Assembly: GCF_001194135.2 (NCBI RefSeq)
Contig: NC_068990.1
Span: 70,864,577 to 70,928,576, forward strand
Length of the DNA: 64,000 bases
Direction: 5' to 3'
Source: Octopus bimaculoides
Lineage: Eukaryota
The notes beneath the pieces were generated by a model. It was not told the DNA's origin and made no database searches. It saw nothing but the letters and a program-made list of their open reading frames with translations. Shown here piece after piece: positions 12,785 to 25,810 of the stretch (positions within the stretch are counted from its first letter, which is position 1; every line of letters begins with the position of its first letter). A program made the position numbers and the translations under genes.

Positions 12785-12925
12785 TGTGTCATTGTGTCTG
12801 TGTTTGTCCTCCACCACTGCTTGACAACTGATGTTGGTGTCTTTATGTCTCCATAACTTAGTAGTTCAGCAACAGGAACTGATGGAATAAGTACTCAGAA
12901 AATAAGTCCTGGAGTCAATTTTCCA
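12785..12925 (+). mobile_element. 3' half of tRNA/CORE-type SINE
   Basis: gtttgtcc..ccactgcttgacaac..ggtgt..ataagtact..ataagtcctgg, shared with the 18524-18926 copy. Confidence 0.6.
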
Positions 12926-13424
12926 CAGAAAGACAAGATGAAAGGAACTTTTCAACACTATTTTGTCTTATCTCATCCACTAATCACTTTACAGAGTGTA
13001 ATGGAAACATTTCATTACAGCACTAGCACTTGTTAGGTTGCCTTTTACCCTGCAAGGCAAAAGGGAGTCACAACAATTGCATGAGATCTCCATTCAGGAC
13101 AACATGATCAACAGAGTGGGTAGCAGGACAGAGAGTGACTATGAAAGATAAACCAGAGTGGGAAGGGGAAAAGAAGTAAGAATATGGCAAGGAGACAGAG
13201 TGACTGGAGAGAGAAATGAAAAAGACAGTGCTAGAAGGAGGGAAGAGGAACAGTAATATTAAAGAGACAGTGATGGCAGGTGTAATGAGAGAGGCAGAGA
13301 ATATTGGTGGGGAGACAGAGTTGGAAAAAGCAATGGACAGTCATAGAAATGGTCAGTGGTTTTTAAAGTAGAAAGAGAGAGGTGGGGGGATAATGGATAG
13401 ACAAAGAAACAACTAGAGGTGAAA

Positions 13425-13487
13425 GAACAATTTTCACTATTTTGGGAACAGTTTTCACTACTTTGGAAACGGTTTTCACTACTTTGT
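13425..13487. repeat. Three tandem 21-bp units (gaacrrttttcactaytttgg)
   Basis: Seen directly. Confidence 0.85.
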
Positions 13488-14109
13488 CCCACTTCTTTTC
13501 CACAGATTTAATTCACTTTGTATGCTTTAAAACTTTCTTATGTCAAACTTCAGACACATCACATGTCCATACCAGTGCAGTCTTTTCTTGGACACACTAC
13601 ATTTGATTCCTTTTGACACCTAGTTTTTCTCTTAGCTCATTTATACAATGTCATCCATGCACACATCCACTGGAGCATTCTCACTTCATTTCTTTCTATA
13701 ATTTCTTAAGAGTCAAAGGAGACAAAGTATTTCATAATTTACATTATCTATGTGAGTGAAAGCCATTGTCCTTATTATTGTACTAAGATGCTTTAGTTTG
13801 ATAAATAATCAAATGGAGAGACATAGTTTGTAAAATAATAAGCTACAGTGAAGCATGAAGCTATCAGGCATGTATCTAAAGCTATAATTATCAATGCAGA
13901 GTTAAAAGAAACATATTCAAAATTTCTTTTAGATCATTCTATCTATATAAACACTTTTACTGGAAAGACTTACTTTACAAATGCATTTTAATAATAAACC
14001 ATAAATAATTGATCCTGAGTACTAAAAGCACCACAGATTTCCAGGTCAATGAGTTGATCAGTGTCTAAAACGATTGTGGCAACTGATGTAAAATTTAACC
14101 ACATCAAAT

Positions 14110-14345
14110 AATCATACATTAACGAGCCATTGAGGGAGCCTCTTTGAGGTTGAGTGACCAACTAGAAACAGCAGCCGAATTTCCCTCAAAGCCTACTACA
14201 TCATTTAAAAATATAAACAAAAAAGGGGAAGAACATATTGGATAATGTAATCTGAGACAGGTTGTCTGAAAAAACTGGATAGGATGGCCATGGTTAGAGA
14301 AACTCAGTCGGAAATAATGTACGGTTAAATAACAACAATAACAAC
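14110..14345 (+). mobile_element. Unclassified SINE-like interspersed repeat ending in (AAC)n; related copies near 38195-38410, 39420-39660, 39790-39965, 49460-49640, 50340-50560, 59400-59520
   Basis: Recurrent ctagaaatagcagccaaatct.cctcaaa...cattggataatgtag...ggatggtcatggctggaatg...ctaaacaacaac. Confidence 0.55.
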
Positions 14346-14483
14346 AATCATAATTTAATATTTCTTCAATAAATGAATTATGGTTTACTCTCCAGTTTTT
14401 AATTTGTCATGTCAGATTATTTCTTTACACATTGTTTTCTATAAAATAAATTTATGTGTGAATGTGTGTATAATGTATGATTA

Positions 14484-14680
14484 CAGGTAAGTTCACCACC
14501 ATCAATTCACCACAGGAAAAGTTCACCACTATCAATTCACCATGAAGAAAGTTCACCATGAGGAAAATTTACCAAGAAAATATATCCATTGTAGCTCACC
14601 ATTAATGGTTAAAAACTGTTTTATTGAAAAAAGCCAGTGAACTTTCCCTGTGGTGAATTGATGATGGTGAACTGGACATG
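14484..14680. mobile_element. MITE-like element with ~40-bp inverted ends built of ttcacc modules
   Basis: agttcaccaccatcaattcaccacaggaaaagttcac versus gtgaactttccctgtggtgaattgatgatggtgaact. Confidence 0.65.
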
Positions 14681-14699
14681 ATAATGTATACATGTGTGT

Positions 14700-15095
14700 T
14701 GGGGATAAAGAAGCTTGATTCCCAACCATGTGGCTTTGGGCTTAATCCCATAGTGAGGCACCTTGGGCAAATGTCTCCTATTATAGCCATAAGCTGACCA
14801 AAGCTTTATGAATAGATTTGTTAGATGGAAACTGAAAGAAGCCCATCATATGTGTGTGTGTGTTTTTTTATGCATACCCTTATCTTGACATCATGCAATG
14901 GTTCTGAATGACTATCACCATTATGCTAGTGAGGCGGTACATTTCCAATCTTTCAAGAAAAACATGTCTGACCATGACGAAATATTACCTTTCTTGGAAA
15001 GAGGTGAGGGTTGGTGACAGGAAGTGTGTCTGACTGCAGGAAATCTGCCTCAATGAATTGCACCTGATGCAAGCAGGCATGAAAAAGTGTCTGAT
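14700..15095 (+). mobile_element. Decayed tRNA/CORE-type SINE with RTE-like tail
   Basis: ccaaccatgtgg..gcaccttgggcaa.tgtct..gatggaaactgaaagaagccc followed by gagggttggtgacaggaag tail. Confidence 0.65.
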
Positions 15096-16799
15096 TAAAT
15101 ATTGCTTGTATGTATGTGTTTGCCAAGAGCTTTTATCTGAAATGATCCACTGAGATAGTTAATGTTTATTTTGGGGGGGATGTCAATAAAAATATAATAC
15201 TGATTAATTAAAAAGTATTCTTATCAAACAAATAACTTTCATTGAAAAAGTGTCATATTAGCAGAAGAGTAACAATCAAATAGAATACCTTGTGGTATTC
15301 TTTCTGGCTCTCTGTACTTGTTTAAATCTTGCCAAATTCAACATTGCCTTTCATCTTTTTAAGGTCAATAAATCCCACTGCTGGGATTAAATTCCCTCTC
15401 ATCATGTTTTGTCATACTGACTGACCCTGAGATTTACATTAAAGGTACACATTCCATATGGCTATGGAATAATCAGCCACTTACATGTAATTATCTTAGC
15501 AGGAGTTCAGTTAATCTAACACTTAAACACTCATTATTAAAACTAATGGTTAATCCATTGCCATCTTCCATTAAATATATTTCTAATTGTGTTTAGGACA
15601 AAGATTTATTAATTATGCAAAAATATCATCATACAATCTACTCCTATTGTATATGATTACAATGGTATTTGGATAAATAGTTGTAAACACAAAAATGGTA
15701 TTGTCTCTTAATAATGGCATGCTTCCATTCAATGACTGACATATGACAGAAGTTTGGCTGTGATGCTTTACTGCTGCAACAAGAATGAAAGAGCTTATAA
15801 GCACTGATGATAAAAAGCAGATTTAAAAAAAAAAAATTTTTTTTATCTAAATGGCCATATGGATAGTTTCGGTAATAGTAAAATAGCTGCAACTTGAAAC
15901 AATGACCTTTAGCAGTATAAGGTCTGCAATAATGTCATTTGTTTATTTCCAAAAGAAACTGATAATAGCTGAAAGGGGAAGATTCTTATCACATCAAAAT
16001 CTGACTGCATCTTTTCAATTACCTTCTGTATTAGATGTAAAGTGAAAATAAAACATTTATTCGAGTTTAATTTTATTTATTTTGGTTCTTATATATGTTT
16101 ACATGCTCAGATTTACATGTCCAAATCTCAGTAGGCTAAATAAATAAAAATCACTATAGAATAGTTCAAAATACATAGCTAGTACAGTTGTTGTCCATAA
16201 ATTTCATTATTCAATATCCCCAAAAACTTTTGATAAATTCACTTACAACACCAATTTAAAAAAATTTTTAAGTGCTTTAAATTTTAAAGTTTTATAGTGT
16301 ATTCGTTCATGCTACATTAGATACTTTATTTATATTACTCATATCTCACTAACTTACAGAATAAAAGACATTCTAACAGCTTATGAGAAAGCCTCTGTTT
16401 GACTTACTAGAAATATCTTAAGCCATAACCTACTGTCATTAAGAAAAGGAAGAATATAGTGGGTAACGTAAGACTATGCCTGAAAAGACTGGATAGTTGC
16501 TTCTGGAAAACCTTTGACCATAAGGTCCGCTCAACCAATGAAAACACAAGGCTAAATAATATCACACATTTTCTTAATTACAGGCATACTCTTAAATTTC
16601 CTTCAGTGTTCATGGACAATATATAATATTCACTTCATCTAAACAACTCTTGGTAGCATTATGCTTCTAAAAATGGTAATTACTCCCCTGAAGGCTTGCC
16701 AACCCAAGGTATTTTGCTGTATTATTTATTTTTCTTTTTCCGTTTGTATCATTTTTAGTTGGAACCAAACAAACAGGCTATAAACAACTCAATATGGTC

Positions 16800-17020
16800 A
16801 CAAATAAATTATGTGCAGAAGAATCATAAAACAATGAAATAGATCCAAAAACAAAACAAAACTACATATCAGGATTAAGTTCATAAAACTGGATGCATCC
16901 AGAGGATGCATTACAACAGGTTCATGATAAAGATGACACACTTCTTTCCAATACAACACAAAAGAAACAAAGAATGACAATGAAGAAGATGGAGGGATGA
17001 AGTGGATAGTTCAGAGAGTC
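16800..17020 (+). mobile_element. Very decayed LINE (RTE-like) C-terminal relic
   Basis: HFFPIQHKRNKE*Q*RRWRDEVD resembles the KR..GR...RW.D.V motif at the end of RTE ORFs. Confidence 0.3.
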
Positions 17021-18523
17021 ATGCCTTTATTTTATCTCCATTTCTCCATGCTTGAACAAATATGTTGAGACATTGTTTTATAGTCAGATGCCCTTTCTAA
17101 TGCTAACCAGGCAAGCACCCAATGCTGAAAATTATATAGAGAAAAGGAGAATGGTCATACTAGCATTGGGAGAGCAATGTCTGATGGTCTACTGAATAAA
17201 CAACCTATTTTACCTGCAATGATGTAAAAACTAAGTAAGTTATATCATTTTGTTTTTCATAATGCAAGCTTTATTCAGAATACATTGTGTATCTAAAGCA
17301 ATGCAAAACAGAGATAAAGGTTTCTAATCTTTCAAAAAGAATATAATAAAATAAATAAATCACAACAATTTTTAATTATATTTTCATCATTGGTAAAGCT
17401 TAGGGTCTTCTCAACTGTTTTGTCAACAGATTTTGGTTCATGTATATGAAACAATCTAGTCTTCAGCTTACACAATACATTATTACTAGCTTTAAGACAT
17501 ATACATACACATTAGATTGTTTATGCAGCACTGAATTCCTACATACAATTCTAGTAAAAAATAAAAGAACAAAGTCATACTCTACATCTGAAGGTCTTAT
17601 AAAGGTCAAAACTATTGTTATTATAATTTTATTTATATCACTTCATTCTAATAACATTGGTTTCAACAATATTATATTAGCCATAGATATCACGCTTTGT
17701 TCATCATACAATATACCATATTATATAAATTCATAAAAACTATGAAATCATGTATGACTAAATGTTTTCTTGGCAACTTTGCTAATATTAATGAAGAGCA
17801 TTGGTGTGTACGGATATTGATCTAGCAAAGGATTACAAGATAGTGTTAAGTGCATAAATATTTTATCATAGCTATAAATATGGAACAATTCAAACACTGA
17901 CAGTTATTGAGAACATTGCAAAAAAATACAATAATGTATTCATTACAAGTACATTCAATATTTATCCGCATTCCAAGTGCATGAGAGTATGTGAATGTGT
18001 TTGCATGTGTGGTGGTGTGTTTGAATGAATTATTATATTTTAGGTTTACTTGACTAGATGATGTAAAAAAGTTATATCATTGCCACTGCAAAATCTCAAA
18101 TAGAGGTGTGTATTAATTACATGTTAACCTGCAATAGGCTATCCATAACAAGAACTCAAGTTAAGCCCAATGTACCAGAGTATCAAATTTTCTAATTTAG
18201 GTGAAGAGAGACATTTTTGTAACACTTGGATTTTAATCATATATAATGTTCTTTCATTACATTAGTAGCTTTAAAGAGAGTTAAAGAAAATTTGAAGCTG
18301 AAAAACTAGTTTCTGACCACAATGTTCTCATTGCTAGAAATTAAAATGCAAAGTCCTTCACAGAAAGGCTAAGTGTGTGCATATGTATGCATGCATGCAT
18401 GTGTGTGTGTGTGTGTGACAGAGAGGGAAAGAGACAAGCAGACAGACAGACAATAATAGTCTTTTTCAAAAAAGATAATTACAGATGCATAAACAATGTT
18501 TTATTACATTGCTATAGTGTAAT

Positions 18524-18926
18524 ATACTCTTTTACTCTTTTACTTGTTTCAGTCTTTTGACTGTGGCCATGCTGGAGCACTGCCTTTAGTCGAGTAAATC
18601 GACCCCAGGACTTATTCTTTGGAAGCCTAGTACTTATTCTTTCGGTCTCTTTTGCCGAACCGCTAAGTTACGGGGACATAAACACACCAGCATCGGTTTT
18701 CAAGCGATGTTGGGGGGACAAACACAGACATACAAATACATACACACATACATATATACATATATACGACAGGCTTCTTTCAGTTTCCGTCTACCAAATC
18801 CACTCACAAGGCATTGGTCGGCCCGAGGCTATAGTAGAAGACACTTGCCCAAGATGCCACGCAGTGGGACTGAACCCGGGACCATGTGGTTGGTAAGCAA
18901 GCTACTTACCACACAGCCACTCCTAC
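18524..18926 (-). mobile_element. Near full-length tRNA-derived SINE with CORE-like segment (octopus OK/OR-type, family name not verified)
   Basis: Minus strand: A-box-like TGGCTGTGTGG, B-box-like GGTTCAGTCCC, cttgggcaagtgtctt core, internal (TA/TG)n, (GAGTAAAA)n tail. Confidence 0.9.
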
Positions 18927-19939
18927 AGATCATATTTATAGATATTTGTTTAGCCAACACTGTGTTATAACAATTCATCTATACAGCATGTGTGTGCAGA
19001 CACAAAAACAGAGAAAAACGTAAATGGACATTTCCACTCTTTCTGGAGTGAACAGTTGCGTGCCACCTTTATATATTCACTAACACATTGTTCATAAGTC
19101 CACTAATATTAGAGGTTAAAGTAAACTGGATAGACCAATTTGCATAGTTAACATTCTTATGGCAGCAAGATTGGACATTAAGTTATTGATGTGTTACCAG
19201 TATTTGTTTCATTTTTTTTTTGCTATAATCTACAATAGAATATATCCATAGATTTGTTTAATTTTTAAACTTATAGATATAAGATGCAAAAATAATGTAT
19301 GAAAAACTAAAACATCTATATGAAATTATAAATCAATTTTTAAAATGTAATCTCTATGTAAAAAAAAAAATTGATTAAATCAAAAATTAATATATATGAA
19401 TTATTCAGAATTTCTTTAAATTTATTAATTTGCTAAGTACTAATAGTTGAATTAAAAAAAAAAAATTTCTACAACAGAAGGATTTGTTTGTTGTTGTTTA
19501 GCTCCAAGCCAATCCTGATTAAAGAGGCCAAGGATGAAAAGAAACCAAGTCATGGCCATTCCATTTCTTGTTCAGGAAAAGACTAGCATAAATTACATTA
19601 AGATATACTTTTTAAGAAAGTAGGTGTAGTTTGAGAATGTGTCCATCTGCAGCAAAGATACAGATGACTGTCATATAAATTATAGTATACATTTAACTGG
19701 ATCTTGACAAGACTTAAATTTAGAAATTCCAAAGAAAATGTCTTATTGCAACTAACTAATCCAGAAAACAAAGTATTAGAGGTTAGATACTTTACAATAG
19801 GATATTGCAAATTTATATATTTCATAATCTCACGTCTTGAACATTTTAAATACTTTGATTGAAGAAGCAAGTTTATATATATATATATATATATATACTT
19901 ACATATAAGAGACCAAAGTGTACGTACGCTGCTATATTT

Positions 19940-20495
19940 TATATACAAAAAGAATACAAAAATGGGACAAGAACACAAAACCCCAGACAGATGATACAAA
20001 GAAAACAAGGATGGGTCATTCGGAGTTTTCTATCCTCGGCTGAGTTCCAGATTATCTTTGCAATTTCAGCTGGTTATACTTCAGATTGCTCCAATCTGGC
20101 CAGCCCCAAGGAAAAACTAAACTAAGATCATTAGATTCCTGGGAAGAAAGCAGTGAATGTATATGAAAACAAGGACAGAAAAAAAAAGTGCATTTGTATT
20201 TGTGTAACATTTCTCTGTTTTCTCCATCCTTGTTTTTGTATACATTCGCTACTTTTTTCCAAGGAATCTAATGCTCTTAGTTAAGTTTTTCCTTGGGGCT
20301 GGCCAGATTGGAGCAATCTGAAGTATAATCAGCCGAAATTGCAAAGATAATCTGGAACTCAACTGAGAATAGAAAACTCCGAATGATCCATCCTTGTTTT
20401 CTGTGTATCGTCTGTCTGGATGTTTTGCTGTCTTGTATCACCTGTCTGGATGTTTTGCATTCCTGTCCCATCTTTGTATATTTTATATTTTTTAT
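19940..20495. repeat. Large foldback palindrome (arms ~19940-20180 and ~20226-20495), MITE-like
   Basis: ccagattatctttgcaatttc.gctg.ttatacttcagattgctccaatctggccagccccaaggaaaaact recurs as its near-exact reverse complement; ORFs 19859+ and 20277- share a peptide. Confidence 0.9.
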
Positions 20496-20508
20496 ATATA
20501 TGTATATA

Positions 20509-21290
20509 CACAGGGGTTGGACAAAATAATGGAAACACCTATCTATAAAACCATCGAAAGCTTGCTTATTTTTATGTTTTTTGATTTTTTATTAGTGTTG
20601 CTTAATATGTTTTGCTAAAACTGCTGTTTCTTTTCAGATATCATCAGAAAAAGGTAATTAAAATTCATTAAAATGACAGATCTATTGGACCGTCAAAGAG
20701 GTCAAATTGTTGGTGCTCATATGGCAGGCGCTAGCATAACGAAAACAACCAAAATGTTTGGTGTATCAAGAAGTACTGTCTCGAAAGTAATGACAGCCTT
20801 TGAGAAAGAGGGAAAAACCTTCTCGTCAAAATAAAACTCCATAAGAAACCCAAAACTTTCAGATAGGGACCATCGGACTGTTACGCAAATTGTTAAAAAG
20901 GATCACAAAATTACAGCTCCCAAAACTACTGCAGAGCTTAGTGACTACCTTGAGAACCCAGTTTCCACAAAAACTGTTTGCCAGGAGTTGCACAAAGCCG
21001 GATTTCAGAGGTGGGTTGCAATCAGAAAACCACACCTTTCAAAAACAAACGTTGCAAAGTGTTTAGAGTGGAGTAAAAACCTACAGAATTGGTTTCTAGA
21101 GCAGTGGAAGAATGTTATTTTCTCAGACGAGTCATCCATTACTTTATTTCCAACTACCAGCTGAGTATACGTGTGGAGACAGCCAAAATAAGCATTTGAC
21201 CTAGATTGCCTTCTTTCAACTGTTAAACATGGAGGAGGATCTGTGATAATCGGGGGGGAGGTTGGTATATCTCAGAAATTCGCCAGTTGT
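20509..21290 (+). mobile_element. 3'-truncated Tc1-family transposon (transposase ATG at 20673)
   Basis: TA then TIR-like caggggttggacaaaataatggaaacacc. Translation MTDLLDRQRGQIVGAHMAG...VSRSTVSKV...RKPHLS...VIFSDES...TVKHGGGSV, with stops. Confidence 0.9.
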
Positions 21291-21299
21291 TCTTTTTCT

Positions 21300-21430
21300 A
21301 ATCATACAGTGATCTCAAGTATGATGCATCCATCCTGCACTGTGCCAATGCATTCATTAGAGTGACACTTAATGTCCATGTCTTGCTACCATACAACAGC
21401 TATAATACTGTAATTTTAACATCCAAGATG
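21300..21430 (-). mobile_element. Small RTE relic at the Tc1 breakpoint
   Basis: Minus-strand LYGSKTWTLS resembles LLYGSETWTL. Confidence 0.4.
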
Positions 21431-22274
21431 GAGACACTAGTTTGAATATATTAGTGTATAATACAAGGTTTTATAAAATCATAAATAAAAACATGTTAAT
21501 TTATAAAATTACATAGACAGTAACACCCAGTTAACTGAGAACATCATTTAAATCTTTTGCTAGTATAACATACTAAAGGACAGAGCAATAAACATTTCAT
21601 TCTTATGAGCAGCAGTTTGTGTGCCCTATCTTATGTGATATCAAAATACAATGTCTGGGTTGGTTACTATGGTAATTCTGGAATTACAGAAATTAAATTA
21701 ATCATATTTATCAGATAATTTCACAATTCTTAAAAGGGAGGGAGAGAAAGAAGACAAAAATATTTTAAACTTTTTTTAATATTTGAAATAACTAAATTTA
21801 AATATAGATGCAAAATATATAACAAAAATAGATGAAATTATATCTAAGATTGTATTGTATTTATAAGTTCAGAATTCAATAGTAAGGATTCAAAATAAAC
21901 CTATTTTATATTGGTTTTCCACTAATACTTTGCTTGTATTATCATGATAATTTTAGCAACGATAATGGATACTGGAAAATCAATACATATCAATAGAATC
22001 CATCAATGAATTAAAATGATAACTGTACTATAAGAAAATAATTTCAAATAATTAATATTTGTGTCTATTTTTCTTATCTTTTGTTCAAGGCAAATATTTT
22101 CTCATTCAAGTGTATATGCTTTCTAGCACTGACAGTTCTATGATGAATAAATGTTACCTGAGAGTGAAACAACATTGCTTTGCTTACAGCCGGATAAGTA
22201 CTTGTCCATTCATTTGTATGTAATTAAAAATTAAGCTATCATTACTTTATATAAGCACTATTTGAAATATTTTC

Positions 22275-22870
22275 ATCATCTCTGCTGGGTGGATAATGTC
22301 AGTATACATGTACAACAGAGTATAAATGATCTGAGAGAAAAATTGGGTACATGAGGCATCAGATATAGTGTGCAAGAGAGAAGACTGCACTGGTATGGTC
22401 ATGTGATGCATATGGATGAGGACAACTGCATCAAGAAGTGCTAATCTCTAATTGTGGAGGAAATGTTTGGAAGACCCAGGAAGATATGGGATGAGATGAT
22501 GAAAAAGAATCGTCAGACATTGGGCCTCACAGAGGAGATGACAAGGGATCAAGACTTCTGGTGGCTTTCAGTGCTTGAGAAGACACATCAAGCTATGTAA
22601 AATCATAGCCTTCCATACATACAGGCACATTCCTCTCTCAACTGATAGATCTTGCACTTGCAGGTTCGCAGGTGCTGAGGTCACATAAAAGCACCCATGC
22701 TGGTGCCACATTAAAAGCATCCAGTATACTCTGTAAAGTAATTGGCATTAAGAAAAGCATCCAGCCATAGAAATTATGACAAAACAGACAAATGGAGCCC
22801 ATGCAGCTCTCCAGCTGGTCTGCTCCTGCTGAGCCATCCAACCCATGCCTGCATGAAGAATAGATATGAT
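22275..22870 (+). mobile_element. 5'-truncated RTE LINE 3' end with tail
   Basis: VQERRLHWYGHVMHMDEDNCIKKC...GRPRKIWDEM, then the ggtgccacattaaaagca..ccaacccatgc tail. Confidence 0.8.
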
Positions 22871-23561
22871 GGTAATTTACTTTACTTTAAAACACTAAAA
22901 ATTAATATTAAAAACCAAGCTATCCATAGCATAACACAAATGTGTGTTCAATTTTATATTGATTAGTTTTGAAAGATTAAAGAGAGACACCTATGGGAAT
23001 CTATGAAAAATTCTAACATTTAAATGCATTTTAATAAATTAACAGTAAACACTGAAGATAAAGATAAACTAGGCATGATTTCACAGAACTACTAGCTTAA
23101 ATTTTAGAAGACTAAAATAAAGATATAAAGGTATATAAAAAGTGGATTCAATGTGGACAAATCTAATAATATTAAATTTTGATGTAATCCAGTTATCATA
23201 TTTACAGTTCCTTTGACACTAGACATGTTGCCCTAGTTTTTTAAGCACTTTAATCAGCATACTAAATCAGTTTAATGGGATTAGCATTGGATTTTTAATT
23301 TAGGTAGTAGAAACTGTTCTACATACAAGTGAAAAGTTATCTGTACTAGTCTTTAAGCAATTTCACTTTTCAGTTCAAGATTGATGACTTACAAAAACAA
23401 ATTGGAAACAAGGTTTAGATAGATAATGAAGTTGAAAGTTGAAAAGGACAACAGGAAAGAAGATAAAATCTTTTTTTTCTATACTGCTCTCTTGTTTTCT
23501 GTGCCTACATATCATATTTAATACAGATGTAATCTATTGCTAGTGTGCATATAATACATAC

Positions 23562-23648
23562 AGCCTGGAATACTGATGACAGAAAGACTGCAGTATTCCC
23601 TGTTAAAGACTCCAAAGTCAGGGGACTGCTGTACTCCAAAAAGTCCAT
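23562..23648 (-). CDS. Putative alternative first coding exon B of host gene (MDFLEYSSPLTLESLTGNTAVFLSSVFQA); whole exon 23562-23687
   Basis: Acceptor ctatttttttgttatctacattatgtag, 126-nt exon, in-frame TGA (23667-23669) upstream of ATG, donor GCT|gtatgt in phase 0; GC-balanced island in AT-rich DNA. Confidence 0.6.
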
Positions 23649-25631
23649 GATACTGAGCTGAGCATCTCAACAGTTCACGTCACAAATCTACATAATGTAG
23701 ATAACAAAAAAATAGATAGCTTCATATTTAACAGTACAATAACTGAACAGTAAAATCTATACAATGTACAACTACAGAATCTTACTGAATTTAAACTTAA
23801 ATAGTAATGAACCCATTTTTAAACATTCTTCTATCTCACCTTTCAAAAGATATCTTCAAATAGCAATTTATTGTTGATTCATTAATCCAATTAAATTTCA
23901 CATAATTGATTAAAAAATAGAATTTTAAGATGTTTTTTCTATTATATGTAAGGATGTATAATTTCTGTCTTGTAATTATGAAGTGAGGATTGTCAATTCT
24001 GTTATAGATACATCTAATAATTAAACAGATGGGAACATTTTTAAAAAACTACAAAAACTCTCACAAATATTGCTTATCTTAGAAGGCTATAAATTGTTAG
24101 AAACAATTTTTAAAGTAAATAAGTCATTTCGATCATTTTAAAGTAGAATTCTAAGAAGTTAAATAAAACAGAACCAAAATAGAATTGAAGTATTTAAATA
24201 TGACTAAATTTCACCTTTAAATTTTAGTATGAAACTAGTAAAATTTCCTGATGAATCTAAAGATTAAAAATAAATTCCTTTCAATCAATATATCAAAACA
24301 GCAGTGATTTGATTAAATTGAAAATTAAAATATTAACAATACTAAACTAATTAAGAAAGTTAATTTTGAAATTTTAATTTAAACATGGAAGAATTATTGA
24401 AAATAATACTAATAAATTCATAAAAAGAATACTGAGAATGAAAAAGTAAAGCAGAAATGTTAAGAACTATATCAATGATTATCAAATACATAGTATATTA
24501 ATATCAAATGGTATTAACAAGTATAAAACAGAAAACATTAAATAAGATAACTTTCTACAAAATTTTGAATTTGAGAGGAGTACAAAATATTATAAGAAAA
24601 CTAGCAAAGGTGTTTTCTACTCAAAGTAAAATATTTTAAACAGATTGTGACTGAAATGGTCTATTATGTAAATACTTTATTATATATTAAAATTTCTTAA
24701 CTATTGGTAACAGTTTCCTCACAAAATATATAGTTAAACTAATGACATCATATTCTAAACTAATCAAAAAAACAAAAATGTGTTATGCTTGAAAAGTTGT
24801 TTATGAAATTTTAATTAGATAAATAATCTTAATCTAATTTTTAAATTATGTAAATAATAATAATCAGCTTTCTTTTTCAAAACAGTCATTAGATATAATA
24901 TGAGCACAAGAGAAATAGAATTGTTTGAGGTGTGTTGCACTTTACAAGTAGCCATTGTCTTTAATAGCAGCAAATTATCTCTTCTATTTCTCCTCCTTAT
25001 TGTTAGTAATAAAGAACTAAGCATTTAATAATATTAACAAAGGAATTCTCGAATGTGCTTAAAGTGCAGAATTGTGTGAGCAGCAACAGCAGTGCTTGTA
25101 TAAAGCGAGATGACATAAATGTGAAATAGTCAATTTCAATTGTTTTGTTTTTTAAATAAACACTTTATCCAAGAGAAATAATATTTTTACAAAAATGCAT
25201 CATTAGTTTGTATTATTTTAAAGCTATATATTTAAAAACAACAAATTGAACTGGAAAACCAACTCTGTAGTTGAAGCATTCTGCTCTTACCTTTAAGTAT
25301 ATACAGAAAGTCCAAATAGAATGATTTGTTCTCAATTGTAACAGATTAAATAATCAAACCAGTGTAGCTATGTTCATCAATGACTAAAGTTTCTAAGAAC
25401 AATACTTCTAGTGATTATGTAAATCCCACTATAGTACTAGAAAATGTCATTGGACAGTGAAAGCTAAGAGGATTATCAAGTTATGCTATTAATCAATACT
25501 TAGAGATTTTGTTAGGCAATATATTAAACTGATGGCCAAAAATAAACAACATACTGTAAGATCTGACATTTTACTAAGTAGCAGTGAGAAAATGTAGGCT
25601 TTAGAAATAGTGTATTGACACCTTAACATTT

Positions 25632-25679
<48 letters not shown>

Positions 25680-25682
<3 letters not shown>

Positions 25683-25810
25683 GGCTTCTTACAATTTCTG
25701 TCTAACAAATCTACTCACAAGGCTTTGGTCAGCCCAATGCTATAATAGAAAGCACTTACCCAAGATACCACCCAGTGGGATAGAACCATGTGGTTGGGAA
25801 GCAAGCATTA
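25680..25810 (-). mobile_element. 5' part of tRNA/CORE-type SINE
   Basis: ctcacaaggctttggtc.gccc..gctata.tagaa..cactt.cccaag, as in 18800-18900. Confidence 0.6.

Noticed and set aside
18840-18926. tRNA-like A/B boxes as a genuine tRNA gene
   Set aside because: No complete cloverleaf; continues into SINE core and tail sequence that is multi-copy in this window.
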